Assembly: GCA_004431415.1 (NCBI GenBank)
Contig: QPMI01000427.1
Coordinates: forward strand, 62,001-126,000
Length of the DNA stretch: 64,000 bases
Direction of reading: 5' to 3'
From: Cyanophora paradoxa CCMP329
Lineage: Eukaryota; Plantae; Glaucophyta
Shown: in pieces, positions 37,181 to 50,000 of the stretch
Layout of the letters: every line of letters begins with the position of its first letter
How positions within the stretch are numbered: position 1 is the first letter of the stretch
Position numbers and translations under genes: made by a program
Notes under the pieces: model-generated
Database searches by the model: none
What the model saw: only the letters and a program-made list of their open reading frames with translations
Told to the model about the DNA's origin: nothing

Positions 37181-40100
37181 GGGGCCCGCCCTCGGCGGCG
37201 GCGGAGGCGGCGGCGGCGGCGGCGAGGGCGCCGGCCTGCGCGTCCTGCAGCTTCTGCATGTGAGCGCTCACGGGCCGCGCCACCACGCTTGACCCGGGCT
37301 GCCACGCGCCCCCGGCCCCGCCGCCCCGCCAGGCCCGCCGGCCGCCCCGGCCCCGCCCCCGGCCCGGGCCGGGCCCCACCGGCCGTGCAGGCGCGGCTGC
37401 TGCGCCGGGCGGGGGCCGGGGCGGTGCCCGGGCGGGATCCGGGGCGGTGGAGGGGCGGGAGCCGGCGGGGCGGTCGCGGGGCGGGGAGCGGGGCCCGAGG
37501 GCGGGGCCACGCCCGAGGGCGGGACGTCCATGCCCATCGCCCGCGCCGCCTCGTGGTTCACCCAGTCCACCGCGTCCACCGCCGGCACCGTCCCCTGCGC
37601 CCGCGCTCTGAGGGGACGGGCGGGGGCGGGGCGGGGGCGGGGCACCTGCCAGTTGAAGACGCGGTCGCAGGAGAGGCAGCGGGCCTTCTGGCCGGCCGGC
37701 GGGCTCTCCGCCTCCGCCCCGGCCCCGCCGCCGCCGCCGCGCTCGCCCGCATCCTGCCGCCCCTCAGCGCGGCCGAGCGAAGGGTCTCCGGCGCGGGCCG
37801 GAGGGCGGGGCGGGGCCGCGCGCCTGTTGAGGGCCCCGCGGTCGGGGGCGTCGGCGGCGGCGCGGCGGGCGGCGAGCCGCAGCTTCACGAGCTCGCCCCC
37901 ATCGCGTCCATCTGCGCCCCGCCCGCCCCGCCCCGTCAGCCTCCCCAAAGCAGAGAATAAGAATAAGCAGAGGCCGCTCGCTCGCGCCTGGGAGAAGACT
38001 TTCTTGAAGACGGCGGCGCAGTAGGCCTTGTCGGCCTTGAGGTCGACCTCCCCCGCCACCGCCGCCAGCCGGTCCCGCCGCTGCTGCTCGAGCCCCGCGA
38101 CGGCCCCCGCAGCGCCTCCAGCCCCCCCGCACCTGCCGCCGCCGCCCCGCTCAGCGGAGGCCCAGGCGAGGGCGAGGGCGGCCGGCCCCCGCGGACCTCG
38201 TCGAGGGCCTCGCGCTGGAGGCGGCCCTCCACCGCCGAGAGCGTCTGCACCCCCGCCGACGACGCCTGCACACCCGCGCCCAGCTCCCTCGTCAGCCTTG
38301 GCGGGGGCCGCGCGGGGCGGGCGGGGCGGGGCTCGTCAGCGAGCCTGGAGGTCGCGCTGGAGGAGGCGGAGGGCGGCGCGGAGCTCGGCGGCCTCCTTCC
38401 CGCCCTGCGCCTGCGCCCCGTCCAGCATCGCCACCGCCTCCTGCACCCGCCGCACCTCCTCCCGCGCCCCCAGCGCCGTCCGCAGCTGCCACTGCACGGC
38501 CCCGCGGGTCAGGGGTACGCGAATCGGGGGGAGGGGGGGCGGGAGCCGGGGGTACGGCGCGGACCTCGGTCTCCGCAAAGAGGGCGGCGAGGGGCGTCGC
38601 GGCGTCGAGGGGGCCGTCGACCGCGGGCGGGCCGGCCGCCGCCGCGGTCGCCGCGGAGCCGCGGCGGCCCTGCGCGTCCGGCGCGGGGCTCGCTGACGGC
38701 CGCCGCCCCTCCGAGGGCGCCACTGCGCCCCGCGTCGGCCGGCGACGGCGGGGCCGGGGCGGGGCGGGGGCGGGGCGAGGGCGAAGGGCGCGGGCGCGCA
38801 CGGCTCGTCTTGCGGCCGGCGGACGCGGCGGCGGCGCCGGCGCCCTGCGGGCCCGACGCGGGGGCGCTGGGGAGGCGGGGCGGCGCCGGCGGGCCCGCCG
38901 CTGGAGGCGGCGGCCTCGGACAGGGTGGAGAGGGAGGCGGGCGGGGCGGGGCGGCGGGGGGGAGGCCGGCGGCGGCGCCGGCGGCGCGGAGGCTCGCGAG
39001 GGCGCCCTGCGCGCTCTCCCGCATCCGCCGCGCCTCCTGCGCCCCGCCGCCCGCCTGCGCGTCAGCGACCAGGCAGACGCGGCGACTCCTTGCCCCCTTC
39101 CGGCGGGCGGGGCGGGGGGCCGCCCGGCGGGGCGGGCGCCCGGTTCCCCGCGCCCGTCCGGGGGGCGGGGCGGGGCGGGGCGGGCGGACCCGCTCGAGGA
39201 GGTCGAGGCGCTCGGCGTGGGCCCGCAGCGCCGTCTTCACGTCCTGCGCGAACGTACCCGCCCTGTACCCCCGCGTGAGGGGGGCGGGGGAGGGCGAGGA
39301 CGGGGGCGGGGGCGCACTCGGCGGGGTTCGTCCCGAGCGCGGCGGCGGCTGCTGCAGAGGCGGCGGGGGCCCGGCGGCGGGGGCCCGCCGGAGGGCATGA
39401 CGACGACGGCCCGGCGGAGGGGCGCGCCTTCAGCGCCACCAGCTCCGACCGCAGCGCCCGCAGCTCCGTCTGCGCGCCCGCCCGCCCGTCTGAGGGCGGC
39501 GGGCGGCGGGGCGGGGCGGGCGCGGGGGCGGGGGCGGGGGCGGGCCTGTAGGGCCATGCTCTCGTGGCTCCCCTCGCGCATCATGTCCTCCAGGTTCCCC
39601 AGCCGCCCCCGCACCGCCGCCACCGCCTCCCCGCCCGCCCCTGCTCCGCCACCACCCCGCTCACCCGCGCCTGCCCCGGCGCCGCGCCCGGCCCGGCTCA
39701 GCTGAGGGAGCGCGCGGCGGGCGGCAGGCGGCGGGCGGGCGGGCGGACCGCCTCGGCCTCGAGGCGGGCGACGGCGGCGTCGGAGGCGCGGGCGGCGGCG
39801 TCGGCACGGGCGACGACCTCGCCCTCCACGCGCCCCGCGAGCGCCTCGAGGCGGGCCCGGTCGCGCGCCGCCTCCTCGTCGCGCGCCTGCACCATCCGCA
39901 CGACCTCCGCCACGTCCGACCGGTCCGCCTTGTGCGCCATCGCCTCCTTCACCTTCGCCACCTCCTTCAGCGCCGCCTCCGCCCCGTCCAGCTGCTGCTG
40001 CTGCCGCTGCGCGCCCCTCAGCGGCGGCGCGGCGGCCGCGGCGGCGGAGGCGGAGGCGGGCCTGGAGGTGCAGGAGCACGGCCTTGAGGAGGTGCGTGAG

Positions 40101-40338
40101 GGGCTGGAACGCGAGGCTCAGGTTGAGCAGCTGGTCCAGCTGGATCGTCTCCCCGCCGACCGCGCTCCGCATGTGTTCATCCTTTCCGAATGTGTGGTAC
40201 TTTCCGTCCAAATCCAGCGAGAGCTGCGGGCGGCCGGGTCAGCGGCGGGCTTGCGAGGCCTAGCTACGGGCCCGCCGAGCGTGGGGGGGCGGCAGATGGG
40301 CGCACGAGAAGAGACTTGGCGTCCAATTGGACCGCCAT
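37128..40338 (-). CDS. Coiled-coil protein, DUF4795 (QRICH2/C16orf96)-like
   Basis: MAVQLDAKSLL|LSLDLDGKYH...IQLDQLLNLSLAFQPLTHLLKAVLLHLQ; KADRSDV and KADK coiled-coil motifs; KARCLSCDR near 37680; last exon ...PVRSSLPS*. Confidence 0.65.
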
Positions 40339-40753
40339 CGCTGCTCGGCAGGGCCCCGCCGCCGCTCGCCGCCGCGAGTCGTCTGTGCAGCTCGGGGAGT
40401 CGCCGCGAGCTCACAGGCTGGTGGAAATGCTCAAAGGAGTCGACCGGAGTCGTTGGTTAGCTGCCGCCGAGCCACGACGAAGTTAGTTACGATCGACGAA
40501 GACTGAGGTTCGGCTCCGACGGGAACGGCTTTGCTTGGCCCTTTTTTTTCGAATCTGAGAGCGACCTGCACGGTCCCGCAGCAGCGCCCGTCGCACGAGA
40601 AAGAGTCGGGCGTGGCCAGGTGGGCCAAAGCAGCGCCAGCGAATGCCCGAGGCGCCTCCCGCAGCGGAGTCGTCCACGAGGCACCTGCTGGACCGGAAAC
40701 TTTCAGCTGCCGCCGGCGAGGGCGGTCTTGACAAGCCCGAGAGCCCGCGGTCG

Positions 40754-43060
40754 ATGGCGCCTGACGCCGGGGCGAAGGATGACGTGCGTGTCGTGGAGAG
40801 CGGCCCGTTCGTCGTGGTCGCGTTTGTAAATGCGAGGGTGCGCGAAGACGGGCCAGCTTTGCATCGCCCGCGCGCCGCGTGGCCTGAATGACCGATGCAG
40901 AGCGGGGAGCTCGACGGCCACTCGGTCTCCGAGGTGCTGCAGTCGCTGCCGGCCGTGCGGCAGCTGTACGACCTCCGAGCGAGCGGCCCGGCGCTCGTCT
41001 TCGACCGGACCGACCCCTCCGTGACCGCTTCGGCGTGCCGCGCGATGAGGTGCCCGCGAGCACCGCCGCGCCGAAGCGCTCCGTGCCGCTGCCTTCGCGC
41101 CGCCGCCGACGCGCCGCCGCCGCAGCATCGAAGAGCTCTCGAAGCACGCGCGGCTGGCGGTCATCTGCGGCGGCGGTGCGCCGCGGGCGGCGGTGCTTCC
41201 GCGCCGGCGGCCCGCGCGATTTGATCCCCGCCCGCCCGCAGGCGACGGCTCCGTGCAGTGGGTCATGTCGATGCTTGACGGCGTCCCCAACGCAACGGTC
41301 TGCTCGCTCCCCGCCGCCGCCCCCGCCGCCCCGCTCACCGCCCGGCCCCCGCGCGCGCAGTTCGCGCCCATGCCGCTCGGCACCAGCAACGGTCCGCCGG
41401 GCTGCCCCGCGCGCCCCGCCCTGCGCCCTGCCGCGCCGCGCCGACGCCGGGCAGACCTGTCGCACGTGCTGGGCTGGGGCCGCGCGTGCGGCAGCGAGCG
41501 GCGCGTCCGCCGCTTCGTCGAGTACATCGACCGCGCCAAGGAGATGCGCCTCGACAGGCCCGCCCTGTACCCCCTCCCGCCCCTCGACGTACCCCCCGCC
41601 GAGACGCCGGGCGGGCCGCAGGTGGGCCGTCCACTGCGTGCTGGGCGAATCGGAGCTCCCGATCGTGCCCCCGGCGCCCTCCCTGGCCCTGCCCCCTGCG
41701 GCCGGCGACCCGGACCCAGGCGCCCCGGCGGCACCGGCCGCCCCCGAGCCGCCGCAGCCGGCGCCGCTCGACCTGACGCCGCCGGCGGGGCCGTGCACGG
41801 CGGCGACCCCGCCGGGGCCCCGCGCCATGCGCCAGATGGCCGAGGCCAGCACCCGCCGCGGCGTCCAGCAGGTCGCCCCGTACCCCCCGCCAGCACCCCG
41901 TACCCCCCTCTTACCGCTCGCAGGTCTTCAACAACTACTTCTCCATTGGTAACCCCCTCGCCGCCCGCGCTCCCCCCAGCCCCCGACCGACCCCGCGCCC
42001 CCTCCGCAGGATTCGATGCACAGGTGGACGCCCCGGCTCGCGGGGGCCTGTACCCCTCTCCAACTCCCCCCCCTCCTCTCAGGTGACGCTGGACTTCAAC
42101 GCGTGGCGGGAGGAGCACCCGCACCTCTGCCGCGTCCGCGAGATCAACAAGTTCTGGTGCGGCGCCGTACCCCACCCCTTTCTCCCCCCTCCAATCCCCC
42201 TCCCCGCGCAGGTACGCGTGGCACGGGGCGCCGCACCTGTTCCGGGCGGGGAAGCTGCACCGGCGGCTGCGGATCGTGGCCGACGGGCGGCCCGTCGAGC
42301 TCCCCCGCGGCCTCGCCTGCCTCGTCGCCGTGCGTACTCCAGCCCCTCGCATCGGCGCTGCAGCTGAGGCGGCGCTGAGGCGCCGCCCCCGCAGGTGAAC
42401 ATCCCGTCGTACGCCAACGGCATGGACCTCTGGCGCACCCCGCGGCCCCACCCGGTGCCCCCCGCGTTGGCGCCGGCGCTCTGCCCCCGCCCGGCCGGCC
42501 CCGCCCCGTTCCGCCTCGCTCACTGCTCCTTCGCCTCGGAAGGGGGAGCCGCCGGGCAAGTGGGCCCCCGCCGACCCCGACGACGGTGCGCACCCGTACC
42601 CCCCGCCCCGGCGGTCTCCACGCGAGGCGCCGCCTCGCCCCCTCACGGCGCGGGCTGCGCGCCTCGGGCTCGCAGGGCGGATAGAGGTGGTGGGGATGAC
42701 GGGCCCCGCGCACCTCTCCCTCGCCCGCGTCCGCCTCCGCCGCCCCATCCGCCTCGCCCAGGCCCGCCCCGCCCCGCCCCCCCTCCCTCCCCCCGGACCC
42801 TGACGCGCGTACCCCCGCCAGGCCCGCGAGCTCCGCATCGAGAACCTCACCGACGCCATGCTGCCCGCCCAGGTACCCCTCCCCAGCCCCCCCTCCCCTC
42901 CCCAGTCTCCCCCCACCCCCTTTGCCCACGGGGCGGCCAGATCGACGGGGAGGGGTGGGCGATCCCGCCGCGCCACACGGCCGTCATCTCCCTCCACTCC
43001 CGCGTCCGCGTCCTCCGGGGGTACCACGACCTCACCGCCCCCTCCTGCTGCTTCGGCTAG
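40754..43060 (+). CDS. DGK: Diacylglycerol kinase (catalytic + accessory domains only)
   Basis: VAFVNAR|SG, VICGG|DGSVQWV, PLGTSN|DLSHVLGWG, RLDR|W, FNNYFSIG|FDAQ, INKFW|Y, NIPSYANGMDLW, DDG|.IEVVG, IRLAQ, AQ|IDGEGW...SCCFG*. Confidence 0.93.
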
Positions 43061-44056
43061 CCCCGCCCCCGCCCCCCTCCACCCCCCGCCCCCGCCCCCG
43101 CCCCGCGCCCTTCGCATGTACCGCACCCGGCCCCCTCCTGTCGCCCAACCGAGCACCGTACACGTACCCTGCCTCGCCGCCACGCGCTGACGCCGGCAGC
43201 TGCTGGATCTCCCGGGGGCCGGAGCTCGAGGGCAGTCGACGTCCACGTCCGGTCGGCGCCGACCCTCAGCTCGCCGAGAGTCGAGTCGGCAGGCTCGAGT
43301 GGCTCGTCGGACTTCGCGGCGCCAGCCGCGGCCGCGGCCCCCGGGCCTGTGCGCGGCTGGAGCCGGCTGCCAGCGTTGACGTCAGCGCCGGCAAGTTGGG
43401 TCCGGGGGCGGCGGGGCGCCGGCCGGGGGCCAGCGGGGGCCGAGGCCTGGCCCAGTGGCGCCCAGGCTGGGGGCCGGGCCCGGGGGCCCGGGGGCCCCGG
43501 GGGCCCCGGGGCCCCGGGGCCCCGGGGGGCGCCGGCGCCGCAGCGGCCGCGGCCGCGGGGGGCCGGGGGCCGGATCCGGATTCCGGAGACCCGGCCGCGG
43601 CCTGGCCATGGGCCAGTGGGCAGCTGCAGTGGGCACTGGGCAGTGCGCGTGGGCGCTGCCGGTACCGGGTCCCAACTTCTCCCAAGCCCGGCCAGGGGGC
43701 GTACCGCGTTTTCATCGATCGGCGTTCGAGCCCTTCGGAGACTCGACTCTCGAACTTCGATATTCGCAACCTCCGCAGCAGCAGCAGATCATCGGATCTA
43801 GATCATAGAGAGCTTCGGAAATATCGCTAACCCGGTACGTACGCGTAGAGTGCGGGCGCGCGAGGCTACTAGCTAGGCTATACTAGCTGTGGCTACTAGC
43901 GCTCCCAGTGCTCCCAGAGTCCCAGCCTCCCACTGCCTTCCAGCCTCCCAGGCCGCGCCTAGCTTCCGCGAAGTTCGCGGCCTAGGTGCAGATCTAGAAG
44001 CCTGATCAGCGCCGCACGCGGTGATCGTCGGCATCCGGCCTCCGAAGTTCGCCAAG

Positions 44057-47000
44057 ATGTCAACGACCTCTACGCGCTGCTACACGGCCCCGGACTGGTG
44101 CGCTCGCCGAGTCGCCCGGCGCCGGCGTGCGGCGCCGGCGGTTATACATGTATATGCTCGACGGTCGCCCGGCCGAGTCGGATCATGATCATAATGCCGT
44201 ATACGTACTGAATACGTATACGTGCACGTACGCGTATGCAGCTCGGCCTCGTCGCTCGCCGCCTTCAATGAAAGCTCGTGCGTCCGCGGCCGCGCGCGGC
44301 CTCATTCCTTCCATATGGATGATCGGCCCGTTTGCAATTAATATTAATATTGACCTTGTCTGGTGCGTTCATGATCATGATCAGCACGTCGACCGTCGGG
44401 AACACATGCACGGCCCGCGAGTACGCGTCGGGTCAGACGTACAACACGACCGCCTGCCTCCCAGCGAAGCTGCTGTGCTATTCGCAGGCTTCCTGGTTCG
44501 AGTCGCCGGCGCCTGCGCCTGCAGTATACGTACTAGTGTCTTTCTTTTAAATATTTGCGTCTTACACCACCGGGCCACGCCCGTCGCAGCGCCGGAACAC
44601 CAACCGTGTCGAGCGATTTCACGAAATAGTGCGTACACTTTTCCACGCCGCCCGCCCGCGGCTCGCGGCCGCGGCCAACCGCGGGAGTTCGAACGTGTAC
44701 TTAGCCGGCCCCTCATTCACTGAGTGCGGCTCTCGCCGTCGCAGCAAGGATACCGGGGTGTCTACTGCGGACTCGTGGGCGCGCTGCCCGCCGGGCACGC
44801 TGAGCTACAAGAACGCTGGCGTGGCCGCGTGCGCCACGGACGTGGTCAAGGGCGCCAAGTGCTACAAGGCGCGCGCGCCCCACTTCCCGGGCTTCCGCCC
44901 CTAGGCCTCCACACTGCCCTATAGCTATATATAGCTAGGCCTAGGCCTCCCTGCCCGCTCTCCTCCGGTTCCTTGTCCCCTCCTAAGCACCCCCCCTCCC
45001 CGCCCACCCCCCCCCTCCCCTGCCCCCCTCCCCCTCTCCTCCCTCCCCTTTTCTTGCCCCCACCCTCCTCTTCTTCCTCGGCCTTATATAATTACGTGCA
45101 CAATCACTGAACGCGAGCAGGACACGGCGTGCAGCGCGACGGACGCGAACTTCGTGTGGGCCGCTGATGCGTGCGCGCGTGGCACCAGTACTCCCGCCCG
45201 CGCCGCGCCGGCGCCGTGCGCCGTTGAGGCGCCCCCGCCCCGTCCTCCCGCAGCAAGTCGTGCCCAGCGGGGTACAGCTACGCCCTCGACCTGTCGCTCG
45301 CCACGCCGGCCTGCGTGCCGGCGAAGGCCTTCTGCTACCCCGCCGCTTCCTGGTTCGACTCTTAAAAAATCTGCGGCCCGCCCCGCTTTCCACCTCTGCG
45401 TCCCGGTCCGCTGATTGGCATGCCGCTCATGATCATGATCAGCGGCGGCACGCCCACGGTTTCCACCTTCACGACATAGTGCGCGCGGGGCTGTCAGCTG
45501 CGACATGTACATGTGCAGCAGCCGCAGCGACTCCCATTCAAATATCGGATCGCGCAGCAACGAGACGGGCGTGGCGGCCGGGGACGTGTGGGCGCGATGC
45601 CCCGGGGGGACGGTCAGCTTCAAGAACGCTGGCTCCAACACGTGCACCGCGGTCCCGTCGGCGTCCCTCGGCGTCAAGTGCTTCACTGTGCGCATGCGCA
45701 TGCGCGCCTCGTCTCTCGCGCCTCATTGTACTCCTGCACGTGCACCTGACGCTTGATTCTGGTCGTGATCATGAGCAGGACACGGCCTGCAAGTCGGCCA
45801 CCTTCGTTTGGGCATTCAACGCGTGAGTGTCCTTACGCATAATCATAAGCTGCAGCGCTCGGGCTCGGTCCCAAGCGAGCGTGCGCGCATGCATATGCGG
45901 CTTTGGTTCGAATCGATATCCCCTCCGCAGAGCCTCCTGCCCTGCGGGGTACTTCAGCGCGCTGAGCGGCACCTCCTGCTCGGTTGCGAAATCCCAGTGC
46001 TATTCTGGGGCTTCCTGGTGCAATTATTTTTATAATTACCCGCGCATGCGCACCCGCAACACGCGCGTTACTCAGTACTAGTGTGACGCTCGCTCGCGAT
46101 CGCGCGCGTCCCCGTCCACAGCGGCGGGACCATGACCTACGGGCCCACCGGGACCTAGTGAGCGAACCACGGCCGCCGGGCGACGACCGTCGGACTGATC
46201 ATGAGGCGCGCGCGCGCCCTTTAAACAGCAAGGAGGCGGGGCTGACGGACTTGGAGATCTGGTCGCGCTGCCCGGCGGGCACGCAGACGTACAAGGACGC
46301 CGGCTCCACCACCTGCAAGACCGACGTGGTCAAGGGCGTCAAGTGCCACACGGTGAGCCCGCGAGGGGCGGCCGCCGGAGCGCGGCGCTCTTCGAATTCG
46401 AGATTCGCAATTGAAGTTAACCTGCTTTCGATGTGCGCAGGACAAGAACTGCAGCTCGGCCGATTTCCAGTGGGCTTTCGATGCGTGCGTGCCTCCAATC
46501 GCATCGCAGCGCTGGCTTTACCGGCCGCGGCCTTGGTTCGGGGCTCGCGATTGCCGGAAGCTGACTTGTAAGCGACCGCCTCGCGATCGCGCGTGCGCGC
46601 AGCGACTCGTGCCCGGTCGCCTACAAGTACGCGTTCGACCCCGCCACGAGCACCTGCGCGCCGACCAAGCTCCTCTGCTACTCTGGCACCCGCTGGTGCG
46701 TTTAAAGAAATTTCCTTCTGTTGCGCGTGCGATTCGTAGGAAGCCCTCACGCGTCTCACGATCGGGATCACGATCACGATCGCGTTTGTCATGATCAGCG
46801 ACGGCTCGGAGTGGTCGACCGCCTTCGAGACCTAGTGCGCACTCGCTTCTGCTAGCGCTGTGCAAAATAACGCATCGTGGCATGGTCGAGCTTGACTTGG
46901 CGTTCGCCGCGTCCGCCGCCGGCGCCCCCCCGCAGCAAGGAGAACGGCGTCGCGACGGCCCAATCGTGGCTGAAGTGCGAGGAGGCGCACGGGTCGTACA

Positions 47001-50000
47001 AGGACGCCGGCTCGAACACCTGCCGCCTCGACCCCTACACACCCGTCCAGTGCTTCACGGTGCGCGCCCGTTCCCGCCGTCCATTCGCATGCCATCGTGA
47101 AATTTCGCCACGCCGGTCGTGCTCGGAATGCTCAACTGATCCTGTCATTCTGCAAACGATCAGGATTTGAACTGCACCAATCCAGGAAGCGCCACTGTGA
47201 CCGCCGCCATTCCGTGCGCCCTTTTTTAATTTTGATTGAATTTGAACAACCTTATCAATACTATTATATTAATAATTACGTATACTGTTTCGTTCTCGAT
47301 CGCAAACTGATTGTTATGGTTTTGGATGGGCGCTGCACATGCACACGAGGCAGTCAACTGTGCCCCTCGGGTTACCTCGCGGCGAAGGACGCGAGTGGGA
47401 CGTGCCTTCCCGCCAAGTTGACTTGTTTCTCGGACACCGCGTGTTCCGCGAACGGATCCGCCACGTCCTTCCTCCAGTAGTGCGTCCCACAACTTTGATT
47501 CGCATATTTGGCGCACGTTAGCTTTAGTCAGGGCCGTGCGCATCGCCATACTACGGCGTGATCATGAATTCGAACGTTGACTCTGCGCGCAGTCGCGAAG
47601 TCGGCGTCGCCGATGTGGACGTGCGTGCATCCGAGGCCCCTGCGCCGTCCCGAGTCCAATCCTTTCACCTGCGGCGCGCGGCCGATCGCATGCGTTCGCG
47701 CAGACCTTCAACCGGTGCCCGGGGTCGCTGAGCTACAGGGACGCCAACTCGGCGACCTGCGAGACCGACGTGGTGCGCAAGGGCGTCGAGTGCTACTCCG
47801 GGACGGCCGGGCTCTGCAGCGGGGCAAAGACCTACGCCTACGACGCGTGCGCCGCCCGGACCCCGGCCCCGGCCCGGACCAGCTCGCGCACGTCGGCGAC
47901 GGCGCGAGCGCCCGACGCGCCCGCTGCGCGTCCGCAGCGCGTCGTGCCCGGCGGGCACCGTGTCGCACAAGTGCCTGGGCGACTCGTGCGGCGCCGAGAA
48001 GGACGTGTGCGTCCCCGACAAGCTCGTCTGCTACTCCACGGCGACCTGCGGCGGCACTGCGTCCGCGACGACTCTGAACGTATAGTGCGCCCCTCTGCTC
48101 CGGATCCGCGCGCCATCGTCGCAATCGCTGGCTCCGCACCGAATTTAATCTACGAATTTTATTGATTAACCTCGACTCGTCAGCCACGGAGCGGGTCTGA
48201 CGGACGAGCAAAAGATGGTCCAGTGCCCCAAGGGCACGCTGTCCTACACGGACACCGCCAGCCCGGGCGCGTGCATGACGGACGTCGTCAAGGGCGCCCG
48301 CTGCTTCTCGACCCCGGACTGGTGCGACGCTGCCGGCCGCGGCCGGAAACGATCATTAGCCGCTGGCCTTCTTTCGAGCGCGTCGAATCCGTTCATCGAT
48401 CATGATCATGAGCGCCTGCTGACACGCGTTCGCATGCGCAGCCAAGGCACGTCCACGGCAGTTCTTGACAAGTGCGCATGCGCCCGTGCCTAAGCGTCGT
48501 CTCTGTACATGCCTTGGATCTGCAGCTGACGTTCGGGGCGGGCCAGGACTCTGTGTCCGGCAGACACGTTCAGCATCTGGGACGACGTGGCCGGCACGTG
48601 CACGAACAAAGGGCTCGTCTGCTACCCCAACGCTGGCTGCTCCGGCGCGTCCACCCCGACCTCCCACGCGACGTAGTGCGCGATATGCTATGAATTCGAA
48701 CCGTTGAACCTGCAGCTGATGGGCCGCGCGCGCCACGGCTCGGCTTATAGTACTATATATATTAGATTTATCTATGAGCTGACCGCGCGGCACGCGAATG
48801 TCCCGTGTCTTCCGGTCTGCAGCGTGGAGGCCGGCAAGACCGACCAGGAGATCTGGGCCAAGTGCCCGGGGGGGACGAAGGCCTACCGCGACGCCGGCGA
48901 GTCGGCGGCGGCGACGTGCAAGCCGGTCCCAACCAAGTACCTGGGCGCGGCCTGCTACCCGGAGTACAACTACTCTAAGGACACCGGCTCGAACTGGTGG
49001 TGCGGCGGCAACGTCACGTGGGCCTTCAACCCGTGCGTGCGGCCGGCTCGAGCTCCGGGCGCCCATTGTGCAGTCACGATTCTTACGTTAACGTCGTTCG
49101 AATTCGACTACAGCGCTTCATGCCCGGCCGACACGAAGGCTCTCAAGAACTCTTCGGGCTGTTTCGCGCGAAAGCTGGTCTGCTTCAACGGCGAGTACTG
49201 CTCTGGGACGTACACGATCCAGGACGCCCATGTCACGCAGTGCGCACTAACCTTTTTTATATCGGCGTGAAACTCAAGCGGCCGGCTTGCAATTGCCATC
49301 ATGGCATGGGCCCTGCGAGTAACGCGACTGCAGCGATGGAGTGTGGAGCCGGTGCCCCGGCGGCACGCGCTCCTACATGAACGGTTCGGACACGACGTAC
49401 CAGATGTGCCAGACCCTGACCCCAGACAAGTGGGGCGCCAAGTGCTATGCCGACTCCGGGACCTGCGACGCCGCCGCGAGCTTCACTTGGGCCGAGAAAC
49501 CGTGCGTGCACCGCTCGGAATCCGCTGCAATATATATACTCAGTGAAAACCGGAGTTTATATATATTGCGCACGAAAAATGATATCGATCGATATCGATA
49601 TCATGATCATGATTTAGTGAATTCGAATTCGAACGCGGGATCGAATAAGGCGCGCGCAGGACGGACTGCCCGCTGACGTCGCTGAGCACCTTCCACTGGA
49701 ACACGACCTCGCTCGGCGGCTCCAGGGCCGAGACGTGCACCTCGCGCTTCGCCAGGTGCCACAGCGACTTCGGCTGCACGGACGCCTCCCTCGTCCAGCG
49801 GACGGCCGTCACATCCACCGGCCCCATAGGGTGATCATGAGCCAGCGCCGCCGCGCCGCGCCGCGCTCGTCAACGCTGAAGTTGGTGTGCCCCGCTGTCG
49901 GCGCGTTTCGGCAGGTGGAATTGCCCGTCCGGCACGCAGAGCTGGCAGGTCATGTCGAACGGAGCCCCGGAGACCCCGTGCCGGGCGCTCCCCCGGTGCT

